Notes under the pieces: model-generated | Database searches by the model: none | Told to the model about the DNA's origin: nothing | Seen by the model: the letters and a program-made list of their open reading frames with translations, nothing else | Origin: Desulfomonilia bacterium | Lineage (GTDB): Bacteria; Desulfobacterota; Desulfomonilia; UBA1062 | Direction: 5' to 3' | Length of the DNA: 64,000 bases | NCBI GenBank assembly: GCA_963664325.2 | Contig: CAXXDQ010000008.1 | Span: 128,001-192,000 of the forward strand | Shown here: piece by piece, positions 44,844 through 54,657 of the stretch | How positions within the stretch are numbered: position 1 is the stretch's first letter | Layout: the number at the start of each line of letters is the position of its first letter | Translations under genes and position numbers: made by a program

Positions 44844-46175
44844 ATGCTGGCTTGCAGGACAAAAGAAGATATTTTTGCGGCAGTCACCGAATATGATGTC
44901 AGTTTTATTCAGTTCTGGTTTACGGACATACTGGGGAGGCTTAAAAGCTTTAACATTACTCCGTCCGAACTTGACGAGGGTATTGACGAGGGTATGGGTT
45001 TTGACGGTTCTTCGATTGAGGGATTTGCACGCATACACGAGAGCGACATGATCGCAAAGCCTGTTCTTTCGACATTCCAGCTTGTACCCTGGCGGCCCGG
45101 AGACAGGCCTGTTGCAAGGATGTTCTGCGACATACTTAATCCAGATGGTACGCCTTATGACGGCTGCCCGCGCCATGCATTGAAAAGGGTGCTCAAAAAA
45201 GTAGCCGACATGGGCTATACTGCCTATCTGGGTCCTGAACTTGAGTATTTCTATTTCAAGGATGAGACGGCCCCGGCGATTATCGACAGGGGCGGATATT
45301 TTGACGGCCTTCCGATTGACAAGGGTCCCAATATAAGGCGTGATACCATATTTTCTCTGCAAAAAATGGGAATACAGGTTGAATACAGCCATCATGAGGT
45401 GGCGCCATCTCAACATGAAATTGACCTGAAATATAATGAAGCTTTGGCAATGGCTGATACTGTCATGACATACAGGACAACGGTCAAGGAGGTTGCAAGA
45501 CACCATGGAATTTACGCGACATTCATGCCGAAGCCGATATTCGGTGAAAACGGTTCGGGAATGCATGTTCATCAGTCACTGTTCAAGGGCGGAAAGAACG
45601 ATTTTTTTGACGAGAAGGACAAGTATCATCTCTCGGCGGTGGGAAAACAATATATAGCTGGCATTCTCACCCATGCTCCGGAAATCACTGCAATCTGCAA
45701 CCAGTGGATAAATTCATACAAGAGGCTTGTTCCCGGCTATGAGGCGCCTGTTTATGTGTCATGGGCACGCAGGAACCGATCGGCGATGGTGAGAGTGCCC
45801 ATGTATAAACCCGGCAAATCGAGTGCCACGCGCATGGAGTACCGTTCACCGGACCCTGCCTGCAATCCGTACCTTGCATTTGCTGTGATGATTGCAGCCG
45901 GATTGAAAGGTATCGAGGGCAAATACAAACTTCCCGATCCTGTCGAAGAAGACATATTTGAAATGAACGAGGAAGAACGGAAAAAGGCGGGAATAACGTC
46001 ACTGCCTGGAAGTCTTCATGAAGCTCTCCAGAATGTATCGAAAAGCACCCTGGTTCGCGAGACGCTGGGCGACCATATATTCTTCAAATTCATTGAAAAC
46101 AAGAAAAAAGAATGGGATGCATTCAGGATACATGTCAGCAAGTTCGAGATAGACAACTATTTACCGGTGCTCTAA
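44844..46175 (+). CDS. glnA: glutamine synthetase type I (GSI-alpha-like)
   Basis: FDGSSIEG, HHEVAPSQHEI, NGSGMHVH, NSYKRLVPGYEAP. Confidence 0.95.
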   Translation: MLACRTKEDIFAAVTEYDVSFIQFWFTDILGRLKSFNITPSELDEGIDEGMGFDGSSIEGFARIHESDMIAKPVLSTFQLVPWRPGDRPVARMFCDILNPDGTPYDGCPRHALKRVLKKVADMGYTAYLGPELEYFYFKDETAPAIIDRGGYFDGLPIDKGPNIRRDTIFSLQKMGIQVEYSHHEVAPSQHEIDLKYNEALAMADTVMTYRTTVKEVARHHGIYATFMPKPIFGENGSGMHVHQSLFKGGKNDFFDEKDKYHLSAVGKQYIAGILTHAPEITAICNQWINSYKRLVPGYEAPVYVSWARRNRSAMVRVPMYKPGKSSATRMEYRSPDPACNPYLAFAVMIAAGLKGIEGKYKLPDPVEEDIFEMNEEERKKAGITSLPGSLHEALQNVSKSTLVRETLGDHIFFKFIENKKKEWDAFRIHVSKFEIDNYLPVL

Positions 46176-46206
46176 CGCCCTTTCACCTCCATGTAGGGTG
46201 TTGAGT

Positions 46207-46241
46207 ATTGGATGGGGGGACAAACCCCCCGTCCAATTTTT
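46207..46241 (+). terminator. terminator after glnA
   Basis: ATTGGATGGGGG...CCCCCGTCCAAT followed by TTTT. Confidence 0.75.
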
Positions 46242-46390
46242 GATGTCCGTTTAAGCTTCATCCGGTTTTGTTAAAAAGACGATGATACAAAAATGAGCCA
46301 ACCCCAGCCGATAAATCAATATTGTACAATTACATAAGCCGTATGATTGGATTAGGCCAATAAAAACAATACATTAATTAATAACGGCTT

Positions 46391-46406
46391 TGGCATTCCC
46401 TTTGCT
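46391..46406 (+). promoter_or_regulatory. sigma54 promoter of GS-III
   Basis: TGGCATTCCCTTTGCT. Confidence 0.7.
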
Positions 46407-46479
46407 TAGAATGAGTATAATCTGAGCATTCTGGCACGGGTTCGTTTTTAAAGAACAACAAATATAGCTGGAGGGAAAA

Positions 46480-48648
46480 ATGAAGGTTATTAATCCGATA
46501 ACTGCATCTGAAAGAAACCATTACAATGAAAATGGGAAAAAGACGCAGGTTTCAAAGTATTTCGGGGAAGACATTTTCAGCACCAAGGTAATGATGGAGA
46601 AGCTCTCCAAGGATGTTTACAAACGCATGATCGAGATCATGCATGAAGGAAGAAAGATGGACCTGGATACTGCGAACTCAGTCGCCCATGCCATTAAGGA
46701 ATGGGCAATTGACAAAGGTGCGACGCACTATTGCCACTGGTTCCAGCCGATGACGGGGACCACCGCGGAAAAGCACGATTCATTCATTGAATTCACGGAC
46801 TCGGGAAATATCATTGAAAGGTTTTCCGGAAAACAGCTGATCCAGGGCGAACCAGATGCCTCAAGTTTCCCAAGCGGGGGATTGAGGTCCACATTTGAAG
46901 CAAGAGGCTATACTGCTTGGGATCCGACCAGCCCTGCCTTCATTATCAAGAACGGGCTGGGTACTACGCTGTGCATACCCACAATATTCATATCCTATAC
47001 AGGGGAGGCCCTTGACAAAAAGACCCCGCTCCTGCGTTCCATAGATGCCATCAACAAGAGCGCGATCAGCCTGATGCGCCTTCTGGGCAATACGGAATCG
47101 AAGAAGGTTTTCGCCACACTCGGACCCGAACAGGAATATTTCCTCATAGATCAGGACTATTATTTTAAGAGACAGGATCTGGTTCTCAGCGGCCGGAGCC
47201 TCATTGGTGCGGCACCCCCCAAAGGCCAGCAACTTGAGGATCAGTATTTCGGAAGCATAAAGGAAAGAATTTTATCTTTCATGCACGATGTCGAAGAACA
47301 GCTCTATAAACTGGGCATTCCCGCAAAAACCAGACACAACGAAGTCGCACCAAGCCAGTTCGAGCTGGCCCCTATCTTCGAAGAGGCAAACCTTGCCGCA
47401 GACCACAATCAGATTGTGATGGAAACAATGAAAAGGATTGCGCTGAAGCATAAACTCAGCCTGCTGCTCCATGAAAAACCTTTTGCAGGAATCAACGGTT
47501 CGGGAAAGCATGTGAACTGGTCGCTTTCTGATGACCTCGGCAATAACCTGCTCAATCCGGGGAAGACTCCTCACGACAATATACAGTTTCTGGTATTTCT
47601 GATGGCCACCATTAAAGCCGTCAATACGCATGCGGATCTGCTCAGGGCATCCGTTGCATCCGCCGGCAACGACCACAGGCTCGGTGCAAACGAAGCGCCA
47701 CCTGCAATTATTTCGATATTCCTGGGAGAACAGCTTACCCAGATACTTGACAATATCGAGAAGGGTAAAATTACGAAGGCTACAGACGAGGCGATCATAG
47801 ACCTTGGCATATCAAAGCTGCCTGATCTGAGCAAGGACAGCACCGACAGGAACAGGACATCTCCGTTTGCCTTTACCGGTAATAAATTCGAATTCAGGGC
47901 CGTAGGTTCTTCCCAGTCCATTTCGTTCCCCGCAACAGTGCTTAATACGATCGTTGCCGAGAGCATTGATCTGCTTGCCAAAAAGATCAAAGCCAAGGGC
48001 GGAAAACTTAATCAAGCCGCACTGGATGTTATCAAGGAAGAGGTAAAAGCCAATAAAGCCATATTCTACATGGGTGATAATTATACAAGGGAATGGGAAA
48101 CCGAAGCCGCGAAAAGAAGACTGCCGAACAAGAAAACAAGCTGTGAATCCCTTAAAGACCTTAAAACCGATAAGGCGATCAGGCTCTTTGAAAAATACAA
48201 TGTGCTTTCGGCTCTTGAACTGAAATCGCGCTACCATGTCCGGCTTGAAAGATACATCAAGGAGGTGGATATCGAGGCCGTGACACTGAGAAATATGGTG
48301 CAGAACCAGATCCTGCCGGCTGCAGTGGATTACCAGAATAAACTCGCTCTGTCCGTAAAATCCGTGATCGATGTCATAGGCGAAAACAAGGATATCAAAG
48401 CGCAAAAGGAGCTCCTCAAGCTCGTAAGCGGACTTATCGGCCAGATACAGATTCTGGTAAACGAGCTGAAGGTCAAAATCGACAAGGCGAATTCGATAGC
48501 GTCCGAAGAGAAGAAGGCGGACTTCATCTGCGATGAAGTCAAAAAGACGATGAATGACGTCAGGGACAAGGTCGACATTCTGGAAAACTATGTTGATAAT
48601 GAACTCTGGCCTATTCCAAAATACTGGGAGATGCTCTTTATCAGCTAG
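46480..48648 (+). CDS. glnN: glutamine synthetase type III
   Basis: 722 aa; HWFQP, EPDASSFP.GG.R.TFEARGY, DRNRTSPFAFTGNKFEFRA. Confidence 0.95.
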   Translation: MKVINPITASERNHYNENGKKTQVSKYFGEDIFSTKVMMEKLSKDVYKRMIEIMHEGRKMDLDTANSVAHAIKEWAIDKGATHYCHWFQPMTGTTAEKHDSFIEFTDSGNIIERFSGKQLIQGEPDASSFPSGGLRSTFEARGYTAWDPTSPAFIIKNGLGTTLCIPTIFISYTGEALDKKTPLLRSIDAINKSAISLMRLLGNTESKKVFATLGPEQEYFLIDQDYYFKRQDLVLSGRSLIGAAPPKGQQLEDQYFGSIKERILSFMHDVEEQLYKLGIPAKTRHNEVAPSQFELAPIFEEANLAADHNQIVMETMKRIALKHKLSLLLHEKPFAGINGSGKHVNWSLSDDLGNNLLNPGKTPHDNIQFLVFLMATIKAVNTHADLLRASVASAGNDHRLGANEAPPAIISIFLGEQLTQILDNIEKGKITKATDEAIIDLGISKLPDLSKDSTDRNRTSPFAFTGNKFEFRAVGSSQSISFPATVLNTIVAESIDLLAKKIKAKGGKLNQAALDVIKEEVKANKAIFYMGDNYTREWETEAAKRRLPNKKTSCESLKDLKTDKAIRLFEKYNVLSALELKSRYHVRLERYIKEVDIEAVTLRNMVQNQILPAAVDYQNKLALSVKSVIDVIGENKDIKAQKELLKLVSGLIGQIQILVNELKVKIDKANSIASEEKKADFICDEVKKTMNDVRDKVDILENYVDNELWPIPKYWEMLFIS

Positions 48649-48703
48649 AGGTCATCGTTAGCTGCAAATAAAATTGGATTGATCAACCACTTCCCTCTGC
48701 CTG

Positions 48704-48736
48704 AAGGCGGCGATGAAAATCGCCGCCTTTTATTTT
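48704..48736 (+). terminator. terminator after GS-III
   Basis: AAGGCGGCGAT-GAAA-ATCGCCGCCTT followed by TTATTTT. Confidence 0.8.
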
Positions 48737-48864
48737 ACCGGGAATGCCATGGACGATAATCGGATACACAAACCGTTGAAGATTGGCCTGATTCTGGAAC
48801 AGGAAGGAGATGGCTGGATGAGACGTATGGAGTTCAGCCCGGCAATATTAACTAAAGAAATGTC

Positions 48865-51336
48865 CTATATCAGTACTGTCCTGATGGCTTTTATAAGGTT
48901 TGCCTGCCTGTCCCTGTCTTCAATTTTTTCGCCGGTTTCATCCACAACATAAAAAATATTTGCCGATCTGTCGGAATCGGTGGTTATGAATGCGCGGTGT
49001 ATGGACAGCTTATGAAGGCTTATTGCTTGAGATATCAGGTAGAGCAGTTCATTGGCTCGTGTCGCCCTGATCTCTATTATGGAGAAAAAATCCGAAGACT
49101 GATTGTCGATATTAACCAGAGGCTCAGTCTTTAACTTCGGCTTTTTGGCAAGGTTCAACAGCGCCGGTATTTGGGACAGGGCCGTAGAGGTATCGGTTTC
49201 TCCGGAAGACAGGCTGTTGAAAATCTCTGTAAACCTGTCCCAGTCGTCATAGCCATTCCATGACGGAGCAATTTCGAATGTGTCCACGGCTATGCCATTG
49301 TGCCAGGTGAAGACTTTTGCAGTCAGTACTTCGAGGTGCATGCAGGCCATTATGCAGGACAGCTCTGCAAAAAGCCCGGGCTTGTCTTTTGTAACAACCG
49401 TCAGCCTGAAATGTCCGCCTGCGGGGGACACATCTATTATTATGGGTTTTCCTTTCAGGACGTCTTCACACAGCTTCAGGTGCCTTATAATATCCGGGCT
49501 GTCATGATGCAGGAGATAGTGCTGGGGAAGCGCCCATAACCTACCGGAATATTCCTGAGGTATTGCTCTTAGCAACTCATCCCATCCTGAATCCAGCCTG
49601 CGGATTATCTCATTGCTTTTCAGCTCCCCTTTTTCAAGGAAGTACAAGGCCTTGACAAACAGTTCATTGAAGAGTGTGCCCTTCCAGTCGTTCCATGCGA
49701 CAGGGCCGGTTGCAATGGAATCTGCAATGCTGAGCAGGTAGAGCATGCACAGATTTTGAACCGAACCGGCTGCGCGGGCGAATTCGAAAACGGTCTTTTC
49801 TTCGGATATGTCGCGCCTGGTTGCCGTATGCGGCAGGAGCAGGTGGTTCCGGACAAGAAACGATACGGTCCCGGCATACTCGGGTTTGAATCCCAGCCTC
49901 AATGCAATGTCGTAAGCCAGCGCGGCCCCGGTGGCTTCGTGGCGGCCGCCGCTCCCCTTGCCTATATCGTGGAGCAGGGCCGCAAGCATGAGCATGTCCG
50001 TGTCGTGGAGCTTTGAAAACGCAAGCTTCTCCTGGTGTTCAAGGCGTTTGAGTTCGGTCAATGTCATGATGCTGTGCATGTCCACTGTATTGACATGATA
50101 AACGTCAAACTGGATTTTCGAGCGTATCCTGGCGAACTCGGGAATGAAAAGTTCGAGGACGCCGGTTTCAAGCATGGGTGTCAGGCCTGACTGCGGATAA
50201 TCGGAGTTTATTATCTGAAGGAAGATGCTTCTTATCTGCTGGTAGGACCTGCTCTTGACGGCGAAGTCAAGGTTGCTTCTGATTATGGTTCTTGCCGACG
50301 GATGGAGTTCCAGGCCTGTCCTTGCGCAGGCCAGAAAGGCCCCCATCAGCATGGAAGGCCTGAAAGAGGCGGCCTGGTTTGCAGAAAAAGAGACCATGCC
50401 TGATTTGACAACCAGGTAGGGACTCAGCTGCTTGTCAGACGTCTTCTTGATGAGCGAGAGCATGTCCATTATCGAGAATGTAATGTTTCTGCGCAGTATC
50501 TTGATTGTCGAGGCGCTCTGGTGGAATTTTTTCATGAACGCTTCTACAGGGGTTTCTATCTCGGAGAAAGGAAGTCCCATGATCCCGGAAAGCCTTTCCT
50601 GGTATTCGAAGCCGAGATGGTCCTGTTTCCTTCCCGAGTTCTCATGAAGTGCATAGCGGATCTTCAGCAAGAAATCCGCCGCGTCCTGCAAGTCCGAAAG
50701 ATCCTTTGATGAGATGATCTTATTTTCAACAAGTTTTTCCAGGCTGTTCTCGCCGAGCACGGATCCTGTCATCCAGAGGATGGTATGGAAGTCGCGGAGC
50801 CCTCCCTGTCCGTCCTTTATATCGGGTTCAAGGATGTATGAGTCATCCCCGAACCCCTCGTGCCTTTTCCTGTCATGGATAACCAGGTCGGCAATAAAGG
50901 AGGTTTTCCATTTTTTACCTGAGGTCCTTTTTTCAATTGATGCGGCAAACTCTTTGAAGAGGTCCTGATCACCGTCAATGAATCTTATGTTTAAAAGAGA
51001 GGTCTTTAGAAAAAAGTCCTTCTCCATGTCAGCAAGGGCCTCTTTTGCTGTGCGGACGCTGTAGCTTGTATTAAAGCCCTGATCCCAGAGCGGGTATATC
51101 AAGGCGCTCACCAGCCTGTCGGCATCTGACTTGAGACCCCGTTTTCCGGCAAGCAGAAGGATGTCCACGTCCGAATACGGGCACATATCCTGTCTGCCGT
51201 ATCCGCCGACGGCGATGACGGACCATCCCCTTGTTGTATCTGCAGGAATATTCCTGAACAGCCCGCTGATTTTGTCGTCAACCTTTTTTGAAAGGGCTGA
51301 ACTCTGAGAGAAACCATTGTATCCGCCATATTCCAT
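48865..51336 (-). CDS. glnD: [protein-PII] uridylyltransferase
   Basis: AVGGYGR..PYSDVD, EPDIKDGQGGLRD, LLHDIGKG, two ACT domains. Confidence 0.93.
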   Translation of the reverse strand: MEYGGYNGFSQSSALSKKVDDKISGLFRNIPADTTRGWSVIAVGGYGRQDMCPYSDVDILLLAGKRGLKSDADRLVSALIYPLWDQGFNTSYSVRTAKEALADMEKDFFLKTSLLNIRFIDGDQDLFKEFAASIEKRTSGKKWKTSFIADLVIHDRKRHEGFGDDSYILEPDIKDGQGGLRDFHTILWMTGSVLGENSLEKLVENKIISSKDLSDLQDAADFLLKIRYALHENSGRKQDHLGFEYQERLSGIMGLPFSEIETPVEAFMKKFHQSASTIKILRRNITFSIMDMLSLIKKTSDKQLSPYLVVKSGMVSFSANQAASFRPSMLMGAFLACARTGLELHPSARTIIRSNLDFAVKSRSYQQIRSIFLQIINSDYPQSGLTPMLETGVLELFIPEFARIRSKIQFDVYHVNTVDMHSIMTLTELKRLEHQEKLAFSKLHDTDMLMLAALLHDIGKGSGGRHEATGAALAYDIALRLGFKPEYAGTVSFLVRNHLLLPHTATRRDISEEKTVFEFARAAGSVQNLCMLYLLSIADSIATGPVAWNDWKGTLFNELFVKALYFLEKGELKSNEIIRRLDSGWDELLRAIPQEYSGRLWALPQHYLLHHDSPDIIRHLKLCEDVLKGKPIIIDVSPAGGHFRLTVVTKDKPGLFAELSCIMACMHLEVLTAKVFTWHNGIAVDTFEIAPSWNGYDDWDRFTEIFNSLSSGETDTSTALSQIPALLNLAKKPKLKTEPLVNIDNQSSDFFSIIEIRATRANELLYLISQAISLHKLSIHRAFITTDSDRSANIFYVVDETGEKIEDRDRQANLIKAIRTVLI

Positions 51337-51348
51337 CAATTATAACAT

Positions 51349-51364
51349 GGCAAGGATCATGCCA
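51349..51364 (-). promoter_or_regulatory. sigma54 promoter of glnD
   Basis: Minus strand TGGCATGATCCTTGCC. Confidence 0.55.
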
Positions 51365-51664
51365 TTAATCGGTGTTTTACAATTTCCTGATGTAATAATC
51401 TGAAAATAATATTTGATAAAGGGCATCTATACAATAATGTGCATCAGACCCTGCATGATGAAAGACCGGTCAATTCACCGGGAAGCCTTGATGAGATGCC
51501 GGATTTCAGAATATTCCTGAAAGACTGCAAGCAAGCCGTGATCGCCGCTCAAGATTGTCCGGACTTATTTATCTATTCCAGCCTGAGCGCATATTCTTTC
51601 TGAGGAGTTTTTTATTGACCGCCTGGAGGGTGTTGATGCAATCTTGATTCTCATGGAAGACGAT

Positions 51665-52090
51665 ATGAAAGTTACCGGGATCTGGCGTCATAACGCAAGG
51701 ACAAGAATGGATATTCCGTTGTTCACGGCCGGGGTAAGCGCCGGATTTCCATCGCCTGCCGATGATTTTATCGAGACTTCCCTGGATTTGAATGATTTTT
51801 TGATAAGTCATCCGTCAGCGACGTATTTCGTTAGGGTCGAGGGAACCTCAATGATCGGTTCGGGGATTCATCCCGGCGACATCCTGATTGTCGACAGGGC
51901 GGTTGAGCCGTATGACTCGAGCATCGTTGTAGCCGCATTGAACGGGGAATTCCTTGTTAAGAGATTCAGGAAAGACTCAAGCGGATGCCGCCTCATGCCT
52001 GAAAACCCTTCCTATGAACCGATTGAAATGAGAGAGGGGATGCAACTCGAAGTCTGGGGAGTGGTAACATACGTAATCCACAAGGTATGA
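51665..52090 (+). CDS. umuD: UmuD (S24 peptidase), Pol V subunit
   Basis: VSAGFPSPADD, VRVEGTSMI, EFLVKR. Confidence 0.92.
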   Translation: MKVTGIWRHNARTRMDIPLFTAGVSAGFPSPADDFIETSLDLNDFLISHPSATYFVRVEGTSMIGSGIHPGDILIVDRAVEPYDSSIVVAALNGEFLVKRFRKDSSGCRLMPENPSYEPIEMREGMQLEVWGVVTYVIHKV

Positions 52091-53353
52091 AAAAACTTTT
52101 CGCACTTGCCGACTGCAACAATTTCTATGTCTCCTGCGAGCGCGTATTCGACCCGAAGCTCAGAGGCGTCCCCGGTCGTGGTGCTCAGCAATAACGATGG
52201 GTGTGTGGTGGCCCGCTCCGAAGAGGCCAAGGCTATTGGAATCAAAATGGGCGAGCCTTATTTCAAGTGCCGTCTGCTGGCCGAACGGCATGAAATAAAG
52301 GCCTTGTCTTCGAATTACAGCCTTTACGCCGATATGTCGCACAGGGTTATGAGCATCCTTGAGGAGATGAATCCCGGCATTGAGGTTTATTCCATCGACG
52401 AGGCGTTTCTTGATTTTACCGGTGTGGATGAGCCTTTGAAGCATGCGTCGGCCATAAGGCGGAAGGTGCTGAAATGGTCCGGCATACCTGTCTCGATAGG
52501 CATCGGTGCGACAAAGACATTGGCTAAGGCCGCGGCTAAAAAGGCTAAAAAAGGAACGGGAGTCTTCGACATTACCGGATGCGAAGACGATGTGCTGTCC
52601 GGAATGGATGCAGGTGATGTATGGGGAATAGGCTACAGCCACAGCCTCGTGCTCAGAAAATACCATATCAGGACCGCACTGGAGCTGAAGAATGCCGATG
52701 AAGACTGGATAAGGAAGCGGCTTTCCATTGTGGGACTGAGGACCGTCTATGAATTAAGGGGCATCGCCTGCATTGCACCCGGAGAAGAGCCGGTGACTAG
52801 AAGGACCATCACGTCCTCCCGTCTGTTCGGGACAAGGCTGTACGGGATAGATGAAATCCGTGAGGCCCTTTCTTCGTATGTGTGCCGGGCTGCAGAGAAA
52901 TTGCGGGCGCTCGACATGGCGGCTTCAGGCTTGAATGTGTACCTGCTTGAAAACGAGTTCACTGACAACAGGTTCCCGTCAAGGGGCGCTTCATGCGAGT
53001 TCGTGGAGCCCACATCTTACACCCCGGAATTGATAACATACGCCAGCTCCCTGCTGGATAAGATTTACCGTTCAGGCCCGGCCTACCGCAAAACCGGTGT
53101 GACGCTGACCGGGCTGGTTCCGCGGGGCAGGGTGCAGATGAGCCTTTTCGGCTCGGCGGACGAAACCAGGCGGACAAGGATCATGCAGGTCCTAGACAGG
53201 GTCAATGCGGAGTGGGGCGCCGACACCCTGAAACCGGCGTCTTCGGGAACGGAAAAGGAATGGTGCATGAAACAGGAAAAGCGCTCAAAACGCTTTACGA
53301 CGTCATGGGGCGAGCTCCCGGTTGCAAAGGCCGGAGATAAGAGTGAGTGCTGA
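52087..53353 (+). CDS. umuD-associated umuC: UmuC Y-family polymerase (frameshift near 52172)
   Basis: DCNNFYVSCERVF, VLSNNDGC, YSIDEAF, C-terminal DUF4113 (W.MKQ..RS.RFTT.W.EL). Confidence 0.92.
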
Positions 53354-53776
53354 AATAACCGGTTTCGGCCTGGCCTGAAGGCGCTCTCTTCTCAAGTCCG
53401 GCATCCAGGGAAGCTGATCCATGAACTGTATCATTTTCAGGGCTCTGTACGTGATGCAGGCACTTATCAGAAGGACTGAACGGGACATTATCCGGCTTTC
53501 CTGCGGATGCCGTGAACCCTGACGCGTTTCCTGTTGACATAAGTCCTTGATGCTCTACAAAAGAAACAGCATTGACTTGATCAAAGGCAATAAAAACAAT
53601 GAATGTTCCTGCTATTGTGCCCGATGACAGACAAAGAAAGCATCATTGGATACGGCCTTCGGCCGGGAACGGCCGGGTCTTTCACAACCCGTTATTTAAA
53701 AGCAGGGCGTGCAAAATGCAGCTTTTCCGAAATTTGAAGAGCAGGGTATAATGAATATGGAAGAAGAGATGATGCC

Positions 53777-54637
53777 ATGGCGCTTATAAGCTTAAAAGAA
53801 ATTCTGGATGCGGCGAATAAGGGCGGCTATGCAGTACCTGCTTTCGACGCCCTGGATCATGCCTCGGCAGAGGCTATTATCACGGCGGCAGAGGAATTGA
53901 ACCGTCCGGTAATCCTGATGGTCCCTGAAGCAGGGCTTCTCCTCGTTGATGCGGATATATTCATGCGCTTCCTCGTGGAGAGGGTGAAAACCGCAAAGGT
54001 CCCCATTGCTCTCGAGCTTGACCACGGCAAAAGCTTCATAGTCATCATGAAAGCGATCCAGTGCGGGTTTACCTCGGTCATGATCGACGGATCAGACCTT
54101 CCCAATGAAGAAAATATCGCGCTCACCGGAAAGATCGTCGAGGTCGCTCATGCAGCAGGTGTAAGCGTGGAAGCGGAGATAGGCCATGTCGCCGGAGGGG
54201 AGGGCAGCTTTGAAGGCAGCGTTGTGGACGAAAGCATGTACACAAGTCCTGAGGACGCAAAGGCCTTTGCCGAAGCAACAGGCGTTGATGCCCTGGCAGT
54301 CGCCTTCGGTACAGTTCACGGGGTTTATAAAGGCACGCCCAGACTGGATATAGACCGTCTGAAAGCGATAAAAGAAAGGCTCACAATCCCGCTGGTCATG
54401 CATGGCGGCTCCGGAGTGTCCGAGGAAGATTTCGTCAGCGCCATTAAAAACGGGATAAGCAAGATCAATCTCTTTACCGAGATTTCCATGGCGGCGGTTG
54501 CAAAGAGTGTAGCGCATGCGCAGGCCAGAGAAAACAAGCTCCATTTTGCAGAGCTTATATATGTGGCCAGGATGGAAGTATCAAATATCGCAAAAAAATA
54601 TATCCGGCTCTTCAGTCTCGAAAAAGTTGCAAAATAA
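53777..54637 (+). CDS. class II fructose/tagatose-bisphosphate aldolase
   Basis: LDHG, FTSVMIDGS, VEAEIGHV, GTVHG, LVMHGGSG. Confidence 0.9.
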   Translation: MALISLKEILDAANKGGYAVPAFDALDHASAEAIITAAEELNRPVILMVPEAGLLLVDADIFMRFLVERVKTAKVPIALELDHGKSFIVIMKAIQCGFTSVMIDGSDLPNEENIALTGKIVEVAHAAGVSVEAEIGHVAGGEGSFEGSVVDESMYTSPEDAKAFAEATGVDALAVAFGTVHGVYKGTPRLDIDRLKAIKERLTIPLVMHGGSGVSEEDFVSAIKNGISKINLFTEISMAAVAKSVAHAQARENKLHFAELIYVARMEVSNIAKKYIRLFSLEKVAK

Positions 54638-54657
54638 AATATTAAACCGAGGTTATC

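Noticed and set aside
51440-51660. LexA/SOS box upstream of umuDC
   Set aside because: No match to a LexA motif I can state with confidence.
53353-53776. Short ORFs or IS remnant between umuC and the aldolase
   Set aside because: No transposase motifs, terminal repeats or convincing coding signal.
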